This document shows positions 1 to 13,300 of a stretch of DNA of 64,000 nt, piece after piece (positions within the stretch are counted from its first letter, which is position 1; the number at the start of each line of letters is the position of its first letter). A model generated the notes under the pieces. That model was not told the origin of the DNA. It saw only the letters and a list, made by a program, of their open reading frames with translations, and did no database searches. This DNA comes from Dipteris shenzhenensis. Its lineage: Eukaryota. A program made the position numbers and the translations under genes. The stretch lies in NCBI GenBank assembly GCA_047967505.1, contig CM106538.1. One strand, written 5' to 3'.

Positions 1-143
1 TGATGCTTAGCAATATTGACAAGTCCACATGAATCTGTAGTCATCTCATGGCACAGTTGAGATAACGCAAACATTGCTAAGCTAGGAGGGAACTTTGACT
101 TCCTTCCAGGAATAGACTTCAATGCTGTAATCAGCACTTCAAC
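1..143 (-). CDS. RING-PUF gene exon 8 (runs off the window)
   Basis: gtgcag|VEVLITALKSIPGRKSKFPPSLAMFALSQLCHEMTTDSCGLVNIAKH, open to the window edge. Confidence 0.7.
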
Positions 144-173
144 CTGCACTGCCACATTCCTGATAGCTTAACA

Positions 174-229
<56 letters not shown>

Positions 230-3200
230 CTCATCCTGCTCCTGCTCTCTGCTCCGGCCTGCCCCTTTCCCTTCGCTGCTCCCCTGCTCAGCCTGCTCCT
301 GCTCTCGCGCTTCTGCATTGCACCTACTCTAGTCCTCCCACTCCAGCCCTCCTGCTCCAGGCTTCCTGCATCATGATTCATGCCACCCCTACTGCTCCAT
401 CGAAACTCTGCTGCATTGCTTTCCTGCTCCCCCCTCCAACCCTCCCTACCCCTGCTCTAGCCTTCTTGCTCCATCATGCCAGCCTTCCTGTCCACCGAAG
501 CTTTTCTGCTCACCACGCCTCTGCTCCATTGCGCTTTTGCTCAGCCCTCCTGCCATCAAGCCTTGTTATCTCTATGGCCCTCCCTACATTTCTCCTTTGC
601 TGCTCTCCTGCCCCTCAAAGAAATAACAGGCAACTAGGACAGCTGTAGGAAAAGCCAAACAAATTCAAGCATCCTCTAAAGTACCAACCAGTCGTTCTAG
701 TACATAGACTCCATACTGATCCAAGGCCAGCATTACCTGCACATTAAAGGGAAACATCCTTTAAAAGTTAATCCACAAAATTTAAGGAATGGTGATGATG
801 CCACTGACACGGGAACAGATGACCATAATTACAATCAAACAAATTGCTCATCCCAGATGAATTTTTGTTGCTGTTTCTCATTCAGAGATTTCAGAAGTAG
901 ATACACACCATTTCAACTACTGTAAAAGATTCACCACCAATTTAAATATGCTTTCTGGGGCTGCTAAGAAGGCTCCTCAATAATGACAGGCTATACACCT
1001 ACTTCGGTTAATGAGATCCATGGACGATATCATTGCCTCTTCTTCAAGAGGGGCACAGCTTTGGAACACTCTTGATTGCTCCACTTCCATGACGAGGTAT
1101 GTGTTGGCCTCTACCTTATTGAGGTGCAGCGGCACAGAGAGACTCTACTAAGGCAAATCAGATAGCAGGAGTGAGGTGACAGTGCCATAGGAGACGGGGT
1201 AGGTCGAGCACAGCAACATGTCACAGATTTCTACACGTTTGAGTCAGCAAAGCACGCATGATGGAGGTCCAACCTATCTCAGCTCTCCTCATAGGGACCG
1301 TCAGAGCAGAGGTGCCACTCTTGATATGGCTCACCCTGGAAAATGTAACCAAAAGCCACCCTATGAGAATAAAAGTGCCAGAGAAAGGTGGAAAGCAATA
1401 AGAGAGAACAAACAAAAGAAAGTAAAAGAGAAAAAGTGTAAGAGGGGCCCGAAAAAGGTCAGGCAGCAAGTAAACATGAAGGTCAAGCAAGGGACCAAGA
1501 ACGAAAGATGGGGAATCAAAAGAGAAGGTGACACACAAGGTCATGACAAGAAGGTAACTCACCCAAAAAAGGCAGGCAAAAGCTGATGTACACAAAGCAC
1601 AAGATGCTAGTGACCAGTAGGATTAATAAAGAGAAGCAATACAAACATGGCACCATAAAAAGGCGGGATAAAATAAAATGTAGAAGAGGCATATATAAGG
1701 GTTAGCAGACCTAAGAGGCATATATATATACATATATATGACAAAATAACTTTAAGGGTTAGCAGACCTATCAAAGGAGGGGAAGGCAGCTAAGAATGAG
1801 GCAAATGGTGCAATGGCCTAAGGTCAAGAAACCTATAAAAGGAGGAGAAGGCAGTTAAGAATGAGACAAATGGTGTAATGATGAGAAATAAAGAGGCAAG
1901 ATGACACAGCAAAACAGTAAGAGGTTGTGTATGGGAAAGCAATAGTGAGGCTACTTGCCAGAAAGGTGTGCGGACAGGAAGAAAGAAACAAATGGGCAGT
2001 GAGCAGGAAAGGGTTTATGGACTGGCAGAAACGGGAAAAGCGGACAGTGAAAAGAGGCAAACTCAATGAGAGGATAGTGGGAAAATGGAACAGGCTATCG
2101 ACCGCGACTGCATAGAGGAAGCAGGAACAAAAAGCCCACAGGTCGGACTTGCCAGCAAACAGGAGGATACGTGGCAGGTTAGCCAAGGAGCACAGGACGC
2201 TCCCCTGAACTTGCTTGTCAAGGGAGTAACATTATGGAAGCAATTCCAGAGCAAAGTATGAGCTTTTACTGTCATCAGCCATTGTAAGCGCAACTGTCTT
2301 TTCGTTCTTTCTTGACAAGCTTTTCCCCTTTCTCTCTTGCCAAGCCTCATAGCTTAGTCAAAGCTTGCTTGACCACTCAAACAAAGAAAATGTCCCTCTC
2401 CAAAGAGAGAGAAAAAGGCAAAAAGTAAGCTCTTGTTGACCATGGTAATTGACAAAATTATGGGAATGTGTAAAGCTAGGAAATTTATTCTTGTTGTGAA
2501 TTCTTACAAGCAGATTAGCTATTGCACAGTAAAGCTTCATTAAACAAAGAGAATGTCCCCTTCACCAAAGGGAAGGAGAAAATGGAAAGATAAAGTAAAC
2601 GTGATAACTTTAGAGGGTGTAGAGCTAACCGAATTCATTCTTCTTCTAACTTTTACAAACACCTTCTAGGAAGACATTCACAAAATCAACAACACGCATA
2701 AGTGCAAAAGGATATTGAACGCTTACCACAGAGCCGCGAATACACTCTGTCACTAAGGAAAGTTCCTCTGGCCCATGTAGAGACACAAGCTGGACATGAC
2801 ACCAAAAATGTTTCAGTTCCAACCAGTCAAGTCTTTAGAGACAAATTCATCCTCTTCCATCAAAGTAAAATCTAAGACACAAACACCATCAGACCCTTCT
2901 AGCTTGACCAAACTACATTGAAATTTCTTTTTTTAAACCGCTGTGTACCATGGCAATAACTCTTCCTCCTAATACAAAACATAACGAGTTTTAATATTTG
3001 ACAAAATAAATTCCGATATGCAGCTCCTTTTCAAAAACTCAGATTGACAGTGTGTCAGACATGGAAAAATCTTTTGGGCATATAACAAAAACTCAAATGC
3101 CACAGATTTTCACAACTCCCAAGAGCTAATGTAGAGGATAAAGATGTCCATAAACTATCATCTAAAGACAACATCAATGACATAGAAAGCAATTGAGCCT

Positions 3201-5884
3201 TCGAGAACACCCTTCTGTTCTGCAGTCTGATCAATTTCGGATTGGAGCTTTGATAGCCGTACTAAGATGGACGGTTAGATTTTGATCTTCCCTCAGGCAA
3301 AAGGAGAGGTAGGTCTCATCATCCAAGTGATGCAGGGCAATATATCTAGATGAATCCAGGAACATGCCCAAACTCATCCTCCAAAAACACAACATAGTGC
3401 AGTCTCAAACTCATGATGCTGTGAGCATCCCTGAAATTTTTCAAACGTATTTTCAGGTAATTCATAGCTAAACTGGGGCACACAAGCTGGGCTTAACTGA
3501 TGTCACAATTAAAGTAGGGCTATGCCCTTTGTGAGGATCCTTGGAAGTTCTTTAAAGGAATTTGTAGATACTTCAAAGCTAAATAGCCACATAAGCTGAG
3601 CTTCACTAATGTCAGAATATAAACACGACTACTTGTTGATCAGCTTGCCACTAAGAAGGACGATTTACCTCTTTCTCTGTTCCAGAGGCCAGCATCTTAA
3701 GAGAAATCAATTTTCTGTTAGGTTTAGTCAGCAAGCTAGGGCAGTTAAAGACAGAAGCCACTTCTAAATTCTAATATGGTACGCGACTAAGGTATGATTA
3801 GAGTCAACCCCTCAATGTAACGCATGGGCTGTTTCATAGATCCTCATGAGTCTCTGCTGGGTGGTATTACAAAGTCATTTATTTCATTCATCTTTGCACA
3901 AATCGAAGGCATGCTTTGTGACAAAAAAAGTCAAAGCTGATTGACCCATTTCTGGGTGGTTTTTTTGTTCATGCCATGCATTTGTATTTCCTCTGTGAGC
4001 TAGTTCTCGCGGGTTTTTTTCATACTTAAAAGAAATCTCTTTCTTGCAAAAAAAAAAAGAGGGACTTGAGCATTGCAGCATATTGCATTCAAGGTAATGG
4101 TGGGTTTATGTTACGTAGGTAGAAGAGGAGTCCCTATTGACAAAGCATTGTGATATCTCCCAAACAATCTGTTGAGGTAAAGTCCCTCCATAGTGTTGCT
4201 GTCCATGAATTGTTAAAGGAAACTTACGAAAACAGAGCATGTAAGAGAAGTTTAGAGCGAAATTTCAGAGTTTTTTCAAGAAAGCCCTCTCTTCTAAATT
4301 CGGGATCTCCACTCAAGGTAAGTGCTAATTTCTAGAGACAGTCTACTCAAGTACACTCAAGCTCATCTCTTGGGAAGAAGGCAGAATCAAAGCAAAGTGT
4401 TGGTTTATTTTGCACAAAACTTGCATAAGGGACATAGCCATGGGCAAGGGAACCAAGGGAAGTTATTTTTTCTTTTTGGCAGTCCTGTCTACTTCTATAG
4501 ACTCAATCATTGTCAATCTTACTACACAGCAGATTTAGAGATCCAGATTGACAGAAGCGTTAGACGGAACTCAAAAGTTTTCCCTATGACACAAGTCCAT
4601 CCAAGGAAGAGGAGCTTGATCTCAAGAGGAGTAAAAAATAATCTACCAACAGTTGGAGAGCAGCTCGCTTTTTGCATGAAGCCAGTGTTATCAGCTCTAC
4701 AAAGCACTATGCAAATTGTGCAAGTGTCAGGCATCCGTTTCAAACAATTTCGGAAAGATTTCATTTTGTTTAATTATTGTGTCCACTTTTTGCAACATAG
4801 GTGATGTTTTAGGATGTCAGCAACTTCACCCAGCTGAGTGGATCACTCTAGGAACAAAAAGCACATGATAGGTCGAGAAACGTGCAAGTTATGTGCTGGT
4901 TTTTAGGGTTTTCAACAAATTTAAAGGCATTCTCAGATTTGATTCCAATTCGAAAGGTTTTTGGAGGGTCTCAAGGATCATGTCATTGCAGAGGTTCCCC
5001 AAGGTAAAGGGGTTGAAAGAAAGATGAGCAAAGAGAAAAGTCCATATAACTTTGTCAAGTTTTGAGCAGTTTGACCTGACCACCACATCAATTGTGTGCA
5101 TTTTCCAGCACATTTGCAATAAGCACAGCATTTGAAGCTGTTTTGAATGCAATTTATTAGTCACATTCATTAAATTCTAGAATTCAGAGCTAGTTTGTGA
5201 CATTTCTTGGCAAGTACACTTCACGGAGAAGCATTTGGTTTGAGGGTTTCAACACTTCATGTGCGCATTACAAAGGTATTGCCAGCTTTTAACATTCGAG
5301 ACTGTTCTGCATACACTTTTGGGCACATTGTTGCTTTAGCACACATCCCAATGCAAAGGGAATTCTGAGATTTATGCCATTTCAGCAGTATTACTGCTCA
5401 TATGCAGTAGATATAAAGCAGTTAGGGGTATACAGCATGTCGATGCACAGATTAGGCTTGGGGATTTTACCTCCATGTTTGCCAGACCAAGGGCACCAAC
5501 AATGGGGGTGACATGGCTCTTGTACGACATGAAGCCATGGCTAGGAGACCACAACGAACCACACAGAATGACTGACATCTATGCTCTATCATGGGTTACA
5601 TGCCGCTGCAGCACTGACTGTCACCGGAGCCTCTCTCTGCCAAGACCCTCTTTTCCATTCGCAACCGCCCGGTGGACTTAGTTCCTTAGACAACATACAG
5701 AGCATGAATAGGATCACCACAGTTCCCATCCTCTCCATAGGCTCAAATCCTTGTATTGGTGTTCCGTGTTTTTATTTGTCTTGGTTAGGTGCAAATGCTT
5801 GCTTAGACTCTCCATCCATTCAGCACATTGTATCTGGTTTTTCTTGTCTCATAGACCCTCGAGTCTTTCGAAGACTTTAATAAA

Positions 5885-5931
<47 letters not shown>

Positions 5932-8900
5932 GGTTGTCTTTTCCGGACCCAACTTCACTATGAGACCCGCGATGCAGGCACGCTTGAGCAGAGGATATGC
6001 TTCATTGGCCAAACTAGAGAGGCAATGCTTCCACTCGCACTTTCAGGATCCACGGACCAAGGGGTTGTTTTTTGACTCCTTCGTCCGCCCAGCGGGGATG
6101 TACGGCAGCCCATGTTGGGGGCCAGACTTGTTGAATATAGAGTGGGCCCGTGTGGAGCGGCTATAGATTCTCGTGTTATCACGGATGATCCGAGGTAAGC
6201 CATCCGTTCCTCACCAGATCATTTAGGCTAAGTTTGGGTCACCCCCCTTACAGCTAGATGCTGCATTTCAGGTCATCAAGTATTTGTACCGAGTCAGGGA
6301 GTATGGGGATTACACCTCTGGGCGTAGCAGGATACCATGGCTAGCTCTGTCCACTTCTATGGCACTTGCAGCAGGTGGGGACCAGAGGTGCTGGTATGCA
6401 CGCACAGCGAGATGGTTTGAGCGATTGGAGCTCCACATGGATAGACTACCTCCCTTCCAGTACAGCATGGATGCTCCGTTTTCTCCCCTCCTATCACACG
6501 AGGTCAACCAAGTTATCCGTGAGGATCTATTACAGCTACACATATTTTGGACCTGGTTGGGACCGAGTGAACTCCCAGTGAAGCTTAGCTTCTACAGAGA
6601 TCACTTCTTACATATCACAGCAGAGGGTTTCATTGACCCACCAGGATACACGCAGATCTACTTACCCCCCTCACTGAGGATCTCTCTTGGACAGTTACGG
6701 GTCTCTTCACACAGACTTCGTATCGAGAGCGGCAGAGCAGAGCAACTACCCAAGGAGAGGCGCATATGCACATTGTGTGACATGCAGGAGGTTGAGATAG
6801 AGGAGCACTTCATCTTCCGATGTCCTATTTACTATGAGATCCGAGGGCGTTTCTATTGCCTCTTTAGAGATAGCTATGGGATTTTTGCCCGATTCCTCTC
6901 CTACCTAGACCAACGGTATTTAGTAGGATTCATTCATGAGGTACCCAGACACCGCGAGAGGATACTCCGAGCACAGAGACAGGAGTAAATTTTTTCCTTG
7001 GCTGATCCTTCTCAGAGCTCTATCACGGAGTTCTTTCAGCCAGATCACATGGACCTCCACGAGATGAGGCCTCGATGTGACCGTAACCCATAGCCTGTGA
7101 CCCGATAGCTTAGATAGAGGATCGACACACAGATCACACTTGAGGACATCCCCTCCCTGTTTAGAGTCGGAGCCCGACCGATGCGGGTCGCAGTAGCCCT
7201 GGTTAGGCGTAGAGCTATAACTAGGATATGTGCCAAGACTGCACCTTTGAGTAGCCCACAGCACTCTATTCATGCCCCCATTGCCTCATCCACCTGCTGC
7301 TGATGATGATGAGGATGTTGATGATGATGCTGAGATCCCCACTGGAGACTATCGAGCCTGACCCTAGAGTCATCTAGACGTCTCGCTGAGAGCGGGGCCG
7401 ACACATGGTATGCACGTATATCCACATGGTTTGCAAGACACGGGGTTCAGATGGACAAGCGTCCTCCGTTTCAGAACTATATGGATGCAACCCCTGAGTC
7501 GATCCCGCGAGATGAGATTAACCATATCATACGGTTAGATCTCCTCCAGCTCCACACGTCTCGGACTTCAGGGGGAAGATCAAGAGCTCCCCACCAAGAC
7601 CCAGTTCTACCGCGACCATTTCCCGAGCGTCTCGGAGCGATTCATCATCAGACCTCAGTATCTCGACGACAGAGGATTGAGGATCACCATTGGATAGATG
7701 CAGGTTTCATCCCATCAGCTGAGGATTGAGACACGGAGAGCAGCATGTATACCAAGAGAGCAATGGATCTGCATGCTCTGCATGCTAGGAGTGATTGAGA
7801 CAAAGGAGCACTTTCTCCTGCGCCTGCCCAACCTACTACGAGATCAGAGGGCCATACTATCAGGATGGGAGTGGCTTCAGCCCACTATTGCGATTGATCC
7901 ACTTCCATGACTAGGTCTGCATTGGACTCTACCTGCTTGAGATGCACCGACATAGGGAGACCCTACTACGACAGATCAAAGAGCAACAGGAGGCGACCAG
8001 GCCACAGGATACAGTGGCTGACCAGACACTGGCTAACCAGACACAGCAGCAAGTCACAGATTTCTATGCATTTGAGTTAGCTCCAAGACACAATGGAGAG
8101 GAGGAGGAGCTAGCTAATATGCGGGCAAAATGGATTACTGAGAGAGGGTTGTAGAGGCCACTCGCGACACGGAGAGCAACCAGAGCACATCCTATTGAGG
8201 TCTGACCTATCATGGCTTTCCTCATAGGAGACCGCCCAAGACGAGGGGTCACTCTGAACATAGCTCAGAGGATTCAAAGATCGAGGAGACCACGTCTCCC
8301 TCCGCCACCACAGCATGAGACAGCCCGACAGATGCAGATCCGAGACATTTTCACCACCCATAGGCGAGCCATCATAGTATAGGCTTCAGATTCAGTATTT
8401 CACTGTAGTATACTGCTCAACAAGGATCTTAACATGCCCTTGCCCCAGCCCTTTGTGGGTTGTATGAGTTTTTACCTTTTGGTGTACTTTGCACTTTGTC
8501 CCATAGGCCTGCGAGGCCTCCCGCGGACATTAATCTCTCTCTCTCTCTCTCACTTCTAGACCAAGGTGATGATCTTCAACACTTCCAGACCCGCTATGCA
8601 CCGAGAGCAGTTCCTCTTCGCTGGCGACCCTGTTGAGATAGTTGACTCTTACACATACTTGGGCGTTGTCTTCTCAGGCCCGATCTTCACAATGCGCCCG
8701 GCCATGTAGGCCAGGATCAGCCGGGGATACGCCGCTCTTGCCAAGCTGGAGCGACAGTGCTACCACTCCCACTTCCAGGACCCGCGGACCAAGTCTCTCC
8801 TTTTTTATTCTTTGGTCCGCCCAGCAGGCATGTACGGTAGCCCTTGGTGGGGAGTCGACCTTTCAGACACAGAGTGGGCTCGAGTCGAGCGCCTACAGAT

Positions 8901-10317
8901 ACTGATGTTTGCTCGGATGATCCGCAACAAACCATTGGTACCACACCAGATCATTCTAGCAGAGTTCGGCGCCTCACCCCTACAGCTTGATGCGGCTTTT
9001 CAGGCTATCACCTATCTCCACAGAATCAGGGATTTCAGCTCCTCCGCTGATGGTCGCCTCCGCCTACCTTGGCTAGCCCTATCCTCCTCTATGGCCTTAT
9101 CCGTTGATGGGGACCAGCAATGCTGGTATAGTCGTCTTTCCAGTTGATTCACCCAACTGGGCCTCGACTTAGACCGATTGCCTCCTTTTCAGTATAGCCT
9201 CGACGCTCCACCATCTCCCCTCTCCCCCACTGACCAGGAGGTCAACCAGCTCATTTGAGCGGATCTGCTCCAGCTCCACACCTGGCGGATATGGTTTCTT
9301 CACTCCGAGCTTCCTGTGAAGCTCGACTTCTACCGCCGACACTGCCTCCAGATCTCACAGGAGGGCTTCATCACATCTCTGAGTTACACACAGCTTCATC
9401 TACCACATGCGCTCCGGATCACCCCGGTCAGTTTAGGGTCTCGTTACACCGATTACGGATCGAGAGCGGACGCGCAGAGGGTATCCCATGAGAGGACCGC
9501 CTTTGCCCACTTTGCGACTTGCAAGAGATCGAGTCGGAGGAGCACTTTGCTTTCAGATGTCCTATCTATTATGCCATTCGAGGCCATTACCACTGCCTCT
9601 TCCGCGACAGATTCTGCCCCCTCCCACACATGCTGCAGTTCCCGGATCAGCGATGCCTAGCCGCTTTCTTACATGAGATGACTCGCCACCGAGATACCTC
9701 TCTCCGAGCATGACGACACGAGCAGCACACACAGCGTGAGGACACCCAGCGGCCTATCTCTAATTTCTTCCAGTCACAGGATACCTCTCCTCAGTCTAGC
9801 CGACGACGCGGACGTGAGCGAGAGCCAGAGCCACGACAGCTGCGCCAGCGGACAGACTCACACATCCGGGTCCATGACATCTCGTCTCTGCTCTCTGCCC
9901 GTCCCACCGGGGTTACCGTTGCCCTCATCCACAGGGCCACCCGCCGCCCCCGACGACCGAGCTCGACTAGGCCGCGTGACGTCAGAGGCCAATCATCTAT
10001 CGCAGGGTTTTTTCCGACCTCCCATTTGACGGCCCCTCTATGATTGGTCTCTGACGATCACCACCTGCACATATATACTGTATCTCCCCCCTCTACCCCA
10101 TTTTTGGTGCCCCCCCTTCTTTTTTGTATCATCTGGAGGTAGACACACATTTTTTGTATCAGGACTAGACACACCGTCCTTCATAACCTCTTTTTTGTAG
10201 AAACGGTTGGCTGGCCCATTTTGAGACCGCCACCGTTATGCTCATTGTATCAGTTATCTTTAGTCTCATAGACCTTCACGGTCTCCCGAAGACTTTAATA
10301 AACTTTCTTTCTTTCTT

Positions 10318-10371
<54 letters not shown>

Positions 10372-13300
10372 ACTGATGTATGGCTATTTACTCTTCCAAA
10401 CTATCATGTAGGTATTCTAAATAATGTGTGGGTGACTTTTTGCACTCCTTGGAAGTTGCCATGTGCCCTCCCTAAGGCAGATGTACTAGAGGGTTTCTTG
10501 CTGTCCCATACACCTTTTGGTCTCTAGTGGACGTTAATAGACTCTCTCTCTCTCTCTCTCTCTCTCCCCCCTAGCAGCAACCAAACTAACCCTAACCTTG
10601 AGTTGGGCTAAACCCCCAACCCAACCCAAGGGTTAGGTTAAGCTAGGGGGTTCAACAGATAAGCAATTATGGACTGGCCTACCTCCAAGTCCCCCTCAGC
10701 TCCTTCAATCTCCATCAGGACTCGGTACTCTACAATTGCAGCCATGACACCCTCTCCATACGCACGGAATTACTGACAAGAAGGCTCAAAACGACCCATC
10801 CCTAGGCAATAAGATTAGACAGTGATGAGGCTGCTCAGCATGAGCACTTGCCTTCCACAGTGGGTGCATCCACTAGTGGTACAAATGTTCCTACTACCAC
10901 TCAGGCCCTCTCTCCTACATCTTGGGTTGTCCAGGCTCAATTCCTTGCAGCATTCTCCTCCATGCTCCAGCAGGATACATCTTTGTAGTTGGGACAACAA
11001 ATGATTGGTCAGCAGTCTCAGCAGATTGGCCAAGTTGTCGCACATGCATTACCGGACAAAGGCAAGCAGCCTATACCCCAGCATGGGGTCCAATCAGATC
11101 AGACAGCCGGAATGCATTCTCTACACCGCATCGAGGTTTTATGGCAAACGTTGCACGCACAGCAGGATTTCAGCCCAAGGGAACTCTTTCGATTACCATC
11201 TACAACCTCTTGTACCCTATTACATTGGATGTGTTACATCAAGTATTTTCCCCTTTTGGGCTTATTTGCAAGCACGAAACAGCTTGCAAGGTCGGGATAT
11301 ATATGACGGTGGCTGTACATTACACATTCAGCTGTTAGAACCAACAAAGATGTCATTCCTAGGATCATTCCACGCTAAATGTGGAGATACAAATGCCATA
11401 GAGCAGCCACCTGTTTTTGGAGCTATGATTACTAGAGGGGTGATGACACAGGCTAAGCAAGCCGATAAAAATAGCCACCCAACAACATCTGAGGAGAATG
11501 CACATGTGCGAATGTTGGTAATGCAGCCAATGCAGCCTAGCCATCCTATGCCGCTCACTAGTACACAGCCAAATCATGCTTTAAGCCAGTTACCATGCCT
11601 TTGTATGCAGGACACAAATCTGATTATTTCAAGGCGATTACAACTGCAAATATAAGTGGATTTTTTGGGGATAACCGCTCAAATAAAAGCAGCAGCCCAC
11701 ATGATGGAAACGAATATGGACAGCAAGGATGCTGTTGTATCAGTTTGCAGAACCGATACATTGCTCCAGACGATGCCCTAGCAGTTCAGCATACCAATGG
11801 AAGGAATACATGTATGCATGGTGATGGCAGAAGCCTACATAACAGTGACAATGAAGCAGGCCAAATGGTTGAAAAGATAGATGATGAGAAAAGCAATGTT
11901 GAGCAAATCTGTGATAGAAATCAAGATGCGGATGTTGACCAGCAAGGTAAGGATGTGGATGCACTTGCAGTAGACATGTCTAGGCATGCAAACTGAGGAC
12001 AAAGTTTTTGAGGAGGAGGTGAGTATCCAGCGTTGTATGGTCTCCATTAAGGAAGAAAATATTGAAGACCACGGTGATGATAACAAAGGATGCCAAAGCA
12101 AATCTACTAAGAAGCAGATTATGCAGCAAGAGCAAGGTATGCATGACAGTTTAATCCCTGAAGCTGCATCACCACACATTCAGGAGCAGTACAGGAAAGA
12201 TAGCCACATGAATAATGCCCTTCACTATTGCTCACTAAATGAGTATATCTGGGAGTTTTTCCTCCAATACTTAGCAGCCATAATGGGAATGAAGGCATTT
12301 CGCATGAGTGCTGTAAATGCAAGGGCAGCATGTCATAAATATTGCTGCCATGTATTGGCACTTTCAAAATTTGAGAACAAAGTTTTCAAAGGGCAATCAA
12401 AACTTGAGCTGCTCAACTTAAATGACATGTTTATGAAGCACACAATAGAGATGCATTCATCTGGGACTGAACTTAATGGTAGGAATGGAAACCAGGCCAA
12501 GCATGCAGATTTCTGGGATACTACCAGATGGCATACGTTCATGACTAGTAGGAATGGGACTGAACTTAATGGTAGGAATGGAAACCAGGCCAAGCATGCA
12601 GATTTCTGGGATACTACCAGATGGCATACATTCATGACTAGTAGGAATGACAAAAGCTGCATGTACATGATACAACCTCGAAATGACAGCCCAAATTATG
12701 AAGACAATGGACAGCACAAAGAAGATGGCTGTTATGGCAATGGACAGCAAAAGGAAGATGCCTGTTATGACACTTTTGAGAAGGTGTTTGATGGCAAGAA
12801 ACCCTTGCACAACCATATTGGTCCAAACAGCAGCATGATAATGCAGATTTGCCAGATGATGGAAAAGATGCACATGGAAGTGCGATGGAAGGAGACCAAG
12901 GTAGAGCTACAGTTAATGGTAAGGCAAACTTGCCACAACACAAGTTGGGTATCGTACAGGACAAAGGCAATCAGCTTCTTTCTGAGAAGGGTGATCTCAT
13001 ATGACACGATGATGCTACATCCTTGTCTGTAGAGCATGAAGTTACACTCATGCATGTGGATTCTGTCGCGTCCCCACACAAGATGCAGGGTGGGCAGGCG
13101 GTAGACCAGCCAAATCCTTCCATCGTTGGGAAGCGTATTAGTGAGCAGCTCACTATGATCTCACCCATGGGAAATTTCAGCCAGAGACTTCCACCAGCGA
13201 CTCTTCCAAGGGGTGATATCCTTGAGTTATGTGCAGAGGATATAAGCCCATCTTCGTTGCTGCCATTTGGCACATCCCAAACTCATGTTAATGTTTTTGG

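Noticed and set aside
139-2350. Short ORFs over (CT)n and purine-rich tracts
   Set aside because: Low-complexity intronic sequence translating to ER/LS/K-rich artefacts.
11986-13032. 348-aa ORF as a host gene
   Set aside because: No recognisable domain; it lies inside a frameshifted retroelement-like region within an intron.
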